In this document: positions 1 to 10,929 of the stretch, in pieces | How the letters are laid out: each line of letters opens with the position of its first letter | Position numbering within the stretch: the first letter of the stretch is position 1 | NCBI GenBank assembly: GCA_017499595.2 | Contig: CM039005.1 | Location: forward strand, 1,302,001-1,366,000 | Direction of reading: 5' to 3' | DNA length: 64,000 nt | Source of the DNA: Psilocybe cubensis | Taxonomy: Eukaryota | The notes under the pieces: generated by a model | Database searches by the model: none | What the model saw: only the letters and a program-made list of their open reading frames with translations | Told to the model about the DNA's origin: nothing | Position numbers and translations under genes: made by a program

Positions 1-1894
1 TACACGCGTTCAAGGTTGTCAGCTCTTGTACCAAAGTTGATTGAGTTGGAAGCGACACACGATCTCGCTGCTCATTCTGCGCTTGTCCGGCATATGCAAT
101 TTTCACCCGATGGTACATTCTTAGCCACCTCAAGGTTAGTTCTCTTGTTGTGTGCCTGTTCATATCGTGGTTCACTTGAATGACATTTGATGTTTTCAGT
201 TGGGATAAGACTTCGGTGATTTTCCGTGTGGGCGTAAGTGGTGTATTCTGAGTGAAACTATTGTATGCATAGACTAAGCATCATATAGACCCCATTTACA
301 CCTCATCGTACCCTTGCACATCCACAAGGCTTTGTAGGACAAGTAGCCTGGTAAAAGCATGTTACCATCCACATGGACAATCATGAACTCAATTCGCTGC
401 TTCAGGTCGCCGACAGGAAACATTTTGCTAACGAAAATGGCGAGAGGCATAAAAGTTTGGACGGCTGAGGTTTGTAATCTGTATCGAAGCCGAATGGTCT
501 TCTTACTTGTCACTCACAGGACGGCGTCTGTAAAAAAACCATCAATCGCAACACAGCTATTGAAACTGTGACTTGGTTCCCAAGCGGCGACGGTAGGTTA
601 AAGGCCACCTTTTCGTGCTCAAGGTTTGATGAAATCTTACGTCAATAGCATTCTTATCCATCGAGGATTCCACGGCTACAAAGATGGTAAACTACTTTAA
701 AATTCACACACTCACACAACTAACACCAAACTTTCTGTCAAGGACATCAATGGGAATGTACGCCCGCCCTTGCCTCCCTGCCTTCTCATAAGTCAAACGT
801 TTGTTTTCTCAAGGTTTTGGACCAATATGAATTCGCAAATATGAAACTCCTGGATGTTGCTATTACCCCTGATGCCACCCGTTTAGTAGGAGTAGGGCCA
901 CTTCTACAATCTCCTGAAGGCCTTCAACCAAGCAAATCTCGTGTTGAAAAGCGGTTGGTTGGTATGTTGGATTTGCTATTTTCTTTTCTCGCTCGGAACT
1001 AAGCTCTCGTTATTCAAGTTTATAATGTAGAAACCAAACAAATTGAAAAGTATCCACATTTTGTTAGTGTCTGCGGGTTTTGTTCTGACGCAGTGTTTTA
1101 GCATGACTCCTGTGCTTGAAGTGGTTCGAGATATAACGCTCGCTCAAACTTCGCGAAATGGATTGGTGGCTTTGATTAGTTATGAACATAAGGTCAGCGT
1201 CTTCCTTCAACCCGAAATCATTCTCATTCTCGTTCTGCTCACTAGGCTCCTCCTCAATTATGGAAACTCGAGCTTGTCAAAGACAGGGAAACGAATAAGA
1301 TCACAACTTCACGCCTTTCCTTACGGTATAGTTCATTTTTCAGCAATGGGACGTCTTCATCGTTGACCTGGCCACGCAGACATACATACATGCCAAAGGG
1401 TCCAGTCGACTTTGCGGGATCAAGCTACTTTGGAGGACAGAACAACGAATTGGTTATGTGTGCAGCTAAAGGTCTGGTATTCTGTGTTCTTTTTGACGTT
1501 TTCTAACTTTTTTTTTGCAGCTGGAGACATTCATATTTGGGATCGAGAATCAGGAGCTCTGCTCCATTCAATACGTGCTCAGGCTAATGGCGGCGACTTG
1601 ACGTGTATCGCCTGGAACCACTCCTCGAGCGACCCCTTTATGTTTGCCACTGGAAGCCATGATGGCGGTGTCCGTGTATGGACCAGACATCCGGCCAAGG
1701 ATCCAAATTTTCTAAACACGAACGAATTTCCTCGGAGCACGTCCCCGTACGGCCTAGGGTCCTATCGCAACGGATTCGACAGCATGCTCTCTTTGGATGA
1801 ATATCCATCTGAACATGACTCCCCCGAGCGTGACTTGACAGCTTCCGCTTGCGCAAGCCAGACGCGTCTCATCAGTGATGGGGACCCGCCTTAA
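1..1894 (+). CDS. WD40-repeat protein, 5'-truncated by the window edge, many short exons (possibly WDR26/Gid7-like)
   Basis: Spliced translation gives WD repeats: HSALVRHMQFSPDGTFLATS-SWDKTSVIF, GDIHIWDRESGALLHSI, DLTCIAWNHSSSDPFMFATGSHDGGVRVW. Introns are GT-AG; stop at 1892-1894. Confidence 0.85.
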
Positions 1895-2787
1895 TAAGCA
1901 TAGCCAAGGAATCCAACTGTACATCTCAGGCGAAACCCTTAACCTCACACTACAAGCCTGGCACCCAAAATCATGAAAAGTATGCCGCTCGAAGGCACAT
2001 CAAACGAATGTATTTCTTTGTGCCCCAGTTGTAACATGTTGATCATTATATTTAGGAATATAAAATGGAGTAGCAATATTGCCACCCAACATTTTTAGTC
2101 TTTGTCTATCCGAAAAGTAGCTTGTGATTCGTGAAGTTACCGTCTACGCACATTTCAACTTGTCAAGTTGTAGGTCCACCTTCCAATGGCAGTTATACGG
2201 CGCCCTTTCAGGATATTGATAACTCTGCCGTAACCTACACTTAATCTACTTACATTTTTCGAGTGCATCAAAAATAGATTTATCTCAAGTCGAAGACAAT
2301 ATGGTTTGCATCTGCAATCATAGTCTATATCTCTCAACAAACAAGCTAACAAAACTAAAAATGCCTCGTTGACCGTCCTACTTCCCAAGCATACCCAAGC
2401 GTCGCAAGGGTTTGCGCTTGGCGGGGAGCCACCATCACCAATGCCGAGAGGACCTATCCATATCGTCTATTTTTAACTCGCGCATCAAGTGCCTCTTTAC
2501 TCAAAACCATCTTCAAATCATTGACGCCGGTTCGTAAGATGCGAGGAAAGAATGCGATCCGCCCTTCCAGTGTCCAGTCGGAAAGAGAGTAGAGACGGAG
2601 CTCCGCGTCGCGCTATGAGTAATCCAGGTCCAGGCGCAATTGGGCGCCTTTGAAGTAAGTCGCCTTGAGGTCTGAAAATGGTATAAATGCTCATTGATGA
2701 ATGATGAATGAATTCATTATTCGTAACTTGTTTTTGTATATCCTCTAGCGTGCTCTGCACTGAAATAGGTCTAAATCTTCGCCTCCA

Positions 2788-4122
2788 ATGGGCAAGCTCA
2801 CACCTGCCGATTTTATCAGGGATCAGTGGTCCACAGTTGCCCCTGTCGTAAAGGTCGATTTGACTGGGAAGACAATCATTGTCACCGGTGCAAACTCAGG
2901 AATAGGTCTAGAAACAGCGAAACATTTTGCGCGTATGAGCCCCGGAAGGCTCATCATAACTTGTAGGAATAAAGAAAAGGGAGAAGAAGCAGTAAAACGT
3001 AAGTCAGCGAAAAACTCCTCCAATCAGTCTAATACTAATTGGGCGGTTTCAATGTCCTCTTCGCATAGAAATCATCCAAGCGACTGGCTATGCGAGCGTT
3101 GAAGCATGGATTCTTGACTTAGTTGACTTCCGTTCTGTGAAATCATTTGCAGAGCGCTACGAACAGGAAGGCGGCCGTTTGGATATCATCATACAAAACG
3201 CCGCAGTGGCATACCCTGGTCAAGCTCAGTACACGGAAGATGGATGGGAGCTATCGTAAGACAGGCCTCACTTCCAAATCTATGTTTCTCTAACCATCAG
3301 CAATCCCATAGCACAAAAGTCAACAACCTCTCAACCTCCCTGTTGACTCTTTTGTTAATTCCCCGAATGCTTGACACGGCAAAGAAATACAACACCACGC
3401 CGAGAATAGTGATCGCTGCAAGTGAAACTCATTTTTGGGTGCAAATGGACAAGGACGTTGTCAACTCGCCCAACTTTTTCAGAACCTACGCACACCAAGA
3501 ATTTTCTACTCCGTAAGTATTCATATTGTCATTTAACCTGGCATTGTCCCTTCATTTGTATCTTCTTATAGCGCCCACGAGAGATATTATGGTACAAAGC
3601 GTGCGTCACCCGACAAATTTATTACTGAAGGGATGAATGACAGACTTTTATTCAGTTCTGAACCTCCTGTTTTGTCGTGCACTCAACGACAGACTTCACC
3701 GTCTACCGCTTATCGTAAACGCCCCCAACCCTGGCTTTTGTGCATCTGGTCTCTTACGAAGTTATACTACTTTGGGTCAAAAGATAAAATTTTGGTTTAT
3801 GAACCTTCTTCTAGCAAGAACGTCGGAGCAGGGCAGCCGACAGTTCGTCTGGGCAGCAATCGGTGGGGAGGAGAGAAAAGATGAGCTTCGTGGAGCCTAT
3901 ATCTCTCTGGCCCAAGTGACGGAGCCCAGTGATTATATTCTCAGCGAGGAAGGAAAATTTGCCCAAGATAAGATTTGGGTACGAATTCCGATTTTGTGTT
4001 CCATATAAACGCGTTAATAATAACTCTGACAGGAGGACCTTATTGCTGAATTGACGAAAATAGAGCCGAGAATTCGGAATATTGTGCAGGAGTGCCTTAC
4101 ACCTCCTGCGCCCGCGGTATAA
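2788..4122 (+). CDS. Short-chain dehydrogenase/reductase (retinol dehydrogenase/WWOX-like), multi-exon
   Basis: TGANSGIG NAD(P)-binding motif, LDIIIQNAAV, catalytic YxxxK (RYYGTK) in a small exon near 3580-3600, NPGFCASGL. Last exon EDLIAELTKIEPRIRNIVQECLTPPAPAV* ends at 4122. Confidence 0.9.
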
Positions 4123-4407
4123 AGTCTTAACCAATAGTCACAATAGCATCGTACTAGCCAAGACAGCATGGATAATTGATACAAAAATTGGTTGACTTGC
4201 ATACATTTTCCTAGACGCCAATAAGTTGTTCAACTTGTTGTAAGCTACCATGGTCTTCTAAAAAGGCAGTTAGTAGGTCAAGTCTAGGTCTGTGCGCTGT
4301 AGATCGTCCCTTGTCGAGCCTGCTAGATGTTTAAAAAAATGGTCTGGGTCTGCCACTGGAGTCCTATAAATACTACATGTGATATATTGTCCTTATGGTT
4401 TATTAAT

Positions 4408-4883
4408 TTAGTAAGGTACAGTGTTAGCCACTCTACGCGAAGCTTGACTCACACTTTGAACAAGAGACTTGGAATTTTACATTAGTAAAAGGCATGGACA
4501 AGACAGGTATTCTCAGGGCGGCGTTACTGAGTCGGAGTTCCCACGACTGGATTGAGTGGATTGAAGCAGATCGCGTGACTGATGTGTCGTTGGCTCAGGA
4601 TCAACGCATCCGACGCTGAGTCTCAGGAGAATTACTTTACGTTGCTTGGCATACATACTACGACTACGTCGACCTGAGGCAACGTATCTACTTTGCTGGT
4701 GCCTGTTGGCCTCTAAGTTCATTCGCTCGGATTGACGCTTCCGGATGAATAATACCGCCTCTCATGCGCATAATAATCTCTCTGGCTGTTCATGAATCCA
4801 GTCAAGGTGGCCAGCAAGCTCAAAAACTGGTATAAAATAGAGCGCAGAAAATATTCTACGAACCATCCCCACGGAATTAGTCA
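4408..4883 (+). promoter_or_regulatory. Putative promoter of OYE copy 1 with AP-1/Yap1-like sites and TATA box
   Basis: TTAGTAA at 4408-4414 and 4482-4488, TGACTCA at 4445-4451, TATAAAA at 4831-4837, TTAGTCA at 4877-4883; ATG at 4909. Confidence 0.35.
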
Positions 4884-4908
4884 CTAGATCACTATATTCA
4901 TCCTAACA

Positions 4909-6491
4909 ATGGTCGCTGAAAAAGTTCTTTTCACCCCTCTTCAAATCGGAAGTATCACTCTGAAGAATCGCATTGGAATGTCTGCCATGACGAGGAATCG
5001 CGCATTGCAAACGTATCCTAACGATCTTTTAAAGGAATACTATGTTCAGCGCACCAAAGGTGGTGCCGGACTCATCGTCAGCGAAGGTATCTTGATTACT
5101 CGTCAAGGGTAAGTTGAAATCGTCAAATTTTGTATGTAATAAATGCAAACTATTATATTTTATCAGGACTGAATGGCCCAATGCACCTGGAATCTGGGAT
5201 GAAAAACATATTTCCGAGTGGAAGAAGATTACCGACGCTGTTCACGAGGCTGGAGGAAAGATGTATGCTCAGGTATTCACGATTGAAACAAATTTGTAGT
5301 ATGTTCTATGAAGTCAACTAACTCCAATCGTTTACCAGTTATGGCACGGTAAAGAAGCAGTTCTTTGTCTCTATCATGACTCTCAATAAATATTAATCTC
5401 AACAGTTGGTCGAGTTGCTCACCCAGATGCACCAGAGCAAAAACTTGCTGGCACTGTAAGCCTTGTTATTTAGAGTTAGTCCACTGCCTTTACTTACTCG
5501 ATAATGAAGCCTATATATGCGCCTTCTGCTATTGCTGCTAGGGGCGGCAAATACCGCTTTCTCCCAGGAGAGCCTGGCAATGTTACTGTATGGCTTTGTT
5601 TCTTTTGAGCATTATTCAACATCTTACGCATCTCCTCCACGTAGCCAACCGAAATAGATGACCCAAAACAATTCATCGAATTGTATAAGCAGGCCGCAAT
5701 CAACGCAAAAGCAGCTGGCTTCGATGGTGTAGAAAGTAATACTGCGTTTCGATCACTTGGGCATTTCCAGCTGACCGGTGTTCCTAGTTCAAGGAGGGAA
5801 TGGATACTTGATCCACCAATTCTTGGACAGCACCTCGAATAAACGCTCAGATGAATGGGGTGGAAATATCGAGAACCGTGCGAAGTTTGGTCTAGAGGTC
5901 TTGAAAGTCGTTGTGGAAGTATTTGGCCCAGACGTCGCTCTGAAGGTCAGCCCTAACGGAGGCTACAACGATGTTGGGTGGGTATTTAACTCTATCCATT
6001 TGGTTATACCGACTAAATTTAAAAACTGACGACAGGATGCCGCTTCAAGAGACTCTCGATACATTCTCCTACTTCATAACAGAGTCTGATAAACTGGGGC
6101 TCGCCTATATCACGCTTGTTCAATATCATCCATATTTTGATCCAGTTTTTGACGGTACGACCACTCATCCATCGTCCCAGTCTTTAAAATTTATCTTACT
6201 ACTGCACTAGGAGTTCAACGGGCCACTAAGCACGACGTTATTGCAGCCTACGCCCATTTACCCAAGCACTCCAAGGTATTTGTCAACTCTCTCGTCACTG
6301 CTGAAGTAGGCGAGGAACTCGTTGCGTCTGGTAAAGTCTCCGGGATCTTCATCGGGACGCAATGGATCAATCACCCGGACCTTGCGAAGCGTATCGAGCA
6401 TGGAAAGCCGCTTGATAACCAGCTGAATTTTATGGGTCTTAATTCGAGCGGAGAAGAGGGGTACACAGATTATCCAACTGCTGTGTATTAA
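4909..6491 (+). CDS. Old Yellow Enzyme family NADH:flavin oxidoreductase, copy 1
   Basis: [76 protein letters not shown], C-terminal HPDLAKRI...GYTDYPTAVY* (stop 6489-6491). Includes a 10-nt microexon at 5339-5348. Confidence 0.93.
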
Positions 6492-7605
6492 AGCAGAGTC
6501 ATTGGGTAAGATTTCCCATTTCTATTCCCACTGATCATACAAGTTGATATATGAAAAGCAGTGTTTATTTTTTTTAGGTAGACAGATCTGTACCCATCTT
6601 CAATTACAGTATAGAATTCTGGGCCTATGTAGACTCACTTACGATTTGACTTCATCTGGAGACATTTTCCTTGCTAATAATATTCTATCATTTGACCTTT
6701 GATGCACATCCCGCTGTCTAAGCGATTATCAGTTCCTTGCATCCACATTTGATCTCCTTTAGAGACACTATCTTTACTGCTAGCACTCTATCATTGATTA
6801 ATTTGTTACGCTGGTATGAGGTACATCATGTGTCCACGGTGGTAAGCGGGAGGTACATCACCGTTGTGTCCTCACCTGTTTTCAACGGAACTGTGATAAA
6901 TCAAGTGCAGTACCATTCCCAGGGTATTTAGAGATTCTATCACTATACCCAAATACAATTTAAAGAAGCTGTACCTCTAAAGCTGATACATACTCATACA
7001 TTGGAGAACGACTTATTGAGACCATATCGCCCCGTCCAGCAACTCGTTTGAACGCTGATTCGGTTGTTGCGACACATCGTCCATCCAAAACCACAAAAAT
7101 ACTTACATATAGTTCTACAAGAATTTTTTTTTATTTTACAAAAAAAGAACAGGAAACTGGGTAGAACGGATGTAGGTCCAACATCACCCCTGAGTCCCCG
7201 ATCATCAATTTGGTATACGAGCGGCATTTCGGCAAAGCTTCCAAATGATCCAACAAGTGCCAAGGCCCACTGACGCATCTTCAACCCAAACTGCACTTTA
7301 ACCGTTCGACATATTAACTCTCAGTGTATCCTCGTTGTTTCGCCATCATACATCTCAACTGATAGCATGTCATATCATTTAACAAGACCCCGACTACGAA
7401 ACATGTGCAAACTGCCACGAATTCTGTCCCATTGGTGAAGCTCCAAATTTTCTCAACTGAAGGAATCTGCAATTCTAAATTATACTCATGTTCTATAAAT
7501 TAGATATCAAGGGACAGTACCTCCCATGTTGCGTCTGAAACCCCACCTTCCTTCCCCTCGTTTTTTCTGAATCATATACCCTCTTTTAACTTAGGTACTC
7601 GCTTC

Positions 7606-8887
7606 ATGCGAAGTACTTCATCCCCTATCCTTGCAGAGCAGGGATATCGAGTAGTACCCCAAGCATATTTATTGCCTCTCGAAGGTGAAATTCTGTCCCT
7701 TACCCGCTACAAGGTGTGTCGCATTTCCTTGTTTCCCGTTAAAGATGAAGTCATATATTTTTCAGCAAGCATTGGTGCACTCTCCTAGCGAATAATTACC
7801 ATCAAAGTTTCTAACATTATGCCATTTAATTGGCATTATGGTGTCTCGAGACCGGATGAAAGTACAACTCAGATAACCCATGGTGCTAGGATTTCAGTCA
7901 TTCCAGAGTTTCCTAGCAGTCTCCCCACCGCCTTGTCCACGAATTTCCCAGTAGCCTCGTTATTACCTCGTCCAAGCAGGGATATTTTTGGTAAACCTCC
8001 ATTTGATTTCAAGCTACCAGACATATGCCGCCTGGCCTGCTCAAACAAGGAGAGCTGCCGCGAGTCAGAGAAGATTATAGTTCATCTTCAAACGGGACAA
8101 CATCTCAATCACCATGAGACGATTACACTAACAGAAATTGGTTGTATACCAACTGCAACATATAGTGGATCCATGCCACAACAATCGCTCAATTCTTATC
8201 ACGAAGAGCCATTGCCGACCCCGAATACAGATCCCTCGCCATTGAAGTCAGCATGGACCTCACTTTCAACTGAAACGAGTACTTCGGCTTCAACTTCAAC
8301 CTCATTCATCACTTCATGGTCAAGTTCTGTCACTACACCGTCAAGCACACCTAGCGGTTTAGTGTCAAGCACGGACAGTGCTTCATCGTCAAGTTCGTCC
8401 CCAGGCTTGGGTTTTATACCGATTTCTTCTTTACCTGCGATCACAACCAATTCTATTACCTCTACCTCGTCGTTCGCTACATCAACCTCTTTACCGAATC
8501 CGTCAGTAAACAGTTTCAAATTGGTATCGCCGGTGACCTTCAGAAAAGCCACCTCCCGCTCTCAACTAAGTACCAGCATTACATCTTCTCTTTCACCCTC
8601 TCCTTCACAAGCCACAATGTCAGGGACTAGGTGAGCCTACTTGCGCCTTTCCTCACGGTACGTTTTGGCTGATACTGCCCTGGAGCTCGGAGTTGGCGTC
8701 GAATGCTCTCACCACTCACCCAAGTCCGAATTTATCGATTGTGATACCCATAATCATCCTCGTTGCTATTATCTATACTATCACCATCGTGCTCGTAATT
8801 CGAAGTTTAAGAAGGCGGCGGGCCAGACGGATGTTAACTAGGGCGACACCTTTCCCTGAAGAAGACTACATCATAAAGAACGTTTAA
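7606..8887 (+). CDS. Ser/Thr-rich single-pass membrane protein (start codon uncertain: 7606 or 7819)
   Basis: Long S/T-rich ORF 7819-8634, an intron (GTGAG...CTGATA...GAG), then a hydrophobic segment IVIPIIILVAIIYTITIVLVI followed by basic RSLRRRRARR. No clear signal peptide. Confidence 0.6.
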
Positions 8888-9483
8888 TCTCCTGTCATAT
8901 GGGATCTGGAACAGAGATGATAACTTGGAGGACGTTGATACGAGTCAGAGATCAATTTTTTCTAGGCAAATTTGAATCAGATTCATTATGGACAATTTAC
9001 TATTTAAATGCACGACATGATGGGTTTTCTGTACTTCTTTCATGAGCTGTACTAATCTTTGTCGCGCATCAAACCATTACGATCATTGACTTGAGAACTA
9101 TGTGTGAAAGTTTTAGGATGAAGAGGTCCAGTAAACAAAATGAGTCGCCCAAGATCTTCGAGGTTTTTTGGCCCAAGCTGTTTTCCAACCTGCAACCTTG
9201 CTTCAAGATTAAAGGTGCATAAATACACCCAAGGAAAGTGCACCTCATATGAGCTTTTAACGACCCCTCTTTTGTCCACACTGCTGGTCCGAGCAATCTG
9301 TCAGCTGGCTGTCTCGGGAACTAGAAATATGTTACTTATGTAAAATTAAGCAAGGACTCGGACAAACATCCAGCACAGACCAATGTGTAAGTAGAATAAC
9401 ACTCACACCCTCATCTCATCATATTAAGGCTATTGTGTAGGATAAGGGACAAGCAGGAAAAGGGGTACAACAACTTGGTAATT

Positions 9484-10212
9484 TTACTGTCTGAACCCGC
9501 ACTTGATCAACACACCGTCTGGAACCATGGATGTACCGAAATTTACGCGTCCAACACAATCTCCATACTCGTAAGCTGACCCTTGTTCCCCGACAGATCC
9601 TTCTCGTGTGGTAGTTGGGTTGCCGAAGATCGTCTTTTGGAAAGGAAGACTCTCGCACTTGTGCGACCCGCTATTCCACGGGTACCACTCCACGAACCCT
9701 GCTTGAGTGCCCCGGATACCCCGATTACCAGCTGGTAGAGTGAATGTTCCAACATGGACGCTCTCCCCTGTTTCTGTGTCGATCGCCATAGCCATCCACC
9801 CACTTCCCCCTACTTTGGTAACCTGCAAATTATACGTGCGGCCATACACTCCGTCCCACTCGGCCCGACACGATACCCCTGGACCACCGTCAGCACCTAA
9901 CGCGCAGTTTCCATCGTTGGTAGTAGTCCCCTCTATAAAACTTGAGAACTCGGCGCGGAAGACGGGCGCGCCATTGCTGTTTTCGGGGAAGTGTGGTTGG
10001 ATGCCAATGATCCCTAGGCCGTTACCCCCGACAAAGCCAAACTGCTGCGCGAAAAAGTACCCAGTGACGCGGTCGGTGTCGACGACGGTAAGAGGGAAGG
10101 TGATGTCCGTCAAACCGCTTGGAGGAACGTTGGAGATAGACCACTGCGTGCCGACCAATCCATAGCACGCGGGGAGCACACTGAGAAGAGACGCGAGTGA
10201 GGAGAATCTCAT
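9484..10212 (-). CDS. Intronless secreted protein, 242 aa (resembles DUF3472-like beta-rich secreted proteins; family call tentative)
   Basis: Signal-peptide-like MRFSSLASLLSVLPACYG, motifs GYFFAQQFGF, FSSFIEGTTT, CALGADGGPGVSC, GFVEWYPWN, several Cys. TATATAA lies ~55 nt upstream on the minus strand. Confidence 0.8.
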   Translation of the reverse strand: MRFSSLASLLSVLPACYGLVGTQWSISNVPPSGLTDITFPLTVVDTDRVTGYFFAQQFGFVGGNGLGIIGIQPHFPENSNGAPVFRAEFSSFIEGTTTNDGNCALGADGGPGVSCRAEWDGVYGRTYNLQVTKVGGSGWMAMAIDTETGESVHVGTFTLPAGNRGIRGTQAGFVEWYPWNSGSHKCESLPFQKTIFGNPTTTREGSVGEQGSAYEYGDCVGRVNFGTSMVPDGVLIKCGFRQ

Positions 10213-10929
10213 GGTAAAAGTAGCGATTGGCTTTTTGGCTGCAAAATTTCAGTCTGAGCCCGCACATTATATAGAGCCATTTTGAATGAAATGCATACGT
10301 AACGTGGATTCTAGAGACGAATTAGATTCCACTTGCCAAAACCACCCTATGTTAAACCAGTCCGAATTAAACTCATAACCGACAGAGCTTCCAGTTAGCA
10401 CACCGAAGAGAAGTCGATGATGTAGTCGGCGTCTATCGGTAGCGAATTACCTTGCACATCAACGTTCTAATTATAAAACTCGTTAATAGTAGGAAATCTT
10501 TGAAGGTCAACTCGGAAAACAGCTTTCATTTCACTACAGATCTAGAATCAAAATATTTACTCTAGAATCTCTTCTCTACGTAACGCCGAAAAGGAAACGA
10601 ATGGTGTAGGATGTGTAGAAATGTAAATTGTAATGACACACACCCGAAACCATTACCAGCCAATTCCAACTCCCAAAGTGCACTATCTACTCTAGAATGT
10701 CTAGTTTAATGTAGCGCCAAAAACGTAGACGACTGTATTTTTAACTTTTAACCGATTAAACACGGGACGTTCGGAACGCACGCAGGGAAGGAGGACGATG
10801 GGGTTCCAATGCCAAAGGATGTCGAAGAGAAAGTGGAGGTAAAGAACAAGGAACGAGCGGTGTAGATTGTGTAGTACTGTACTAGTAGACATGATAGGTA
10901 TTATTACTTATGCTACGAGGATAAAGTAT

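Noticed and set aside
10541..10700. Repeated TCTAGAAT words as heat-shock elements
   Set aside because: They do not form three contiguous alternating nGAAn units; likely chance.
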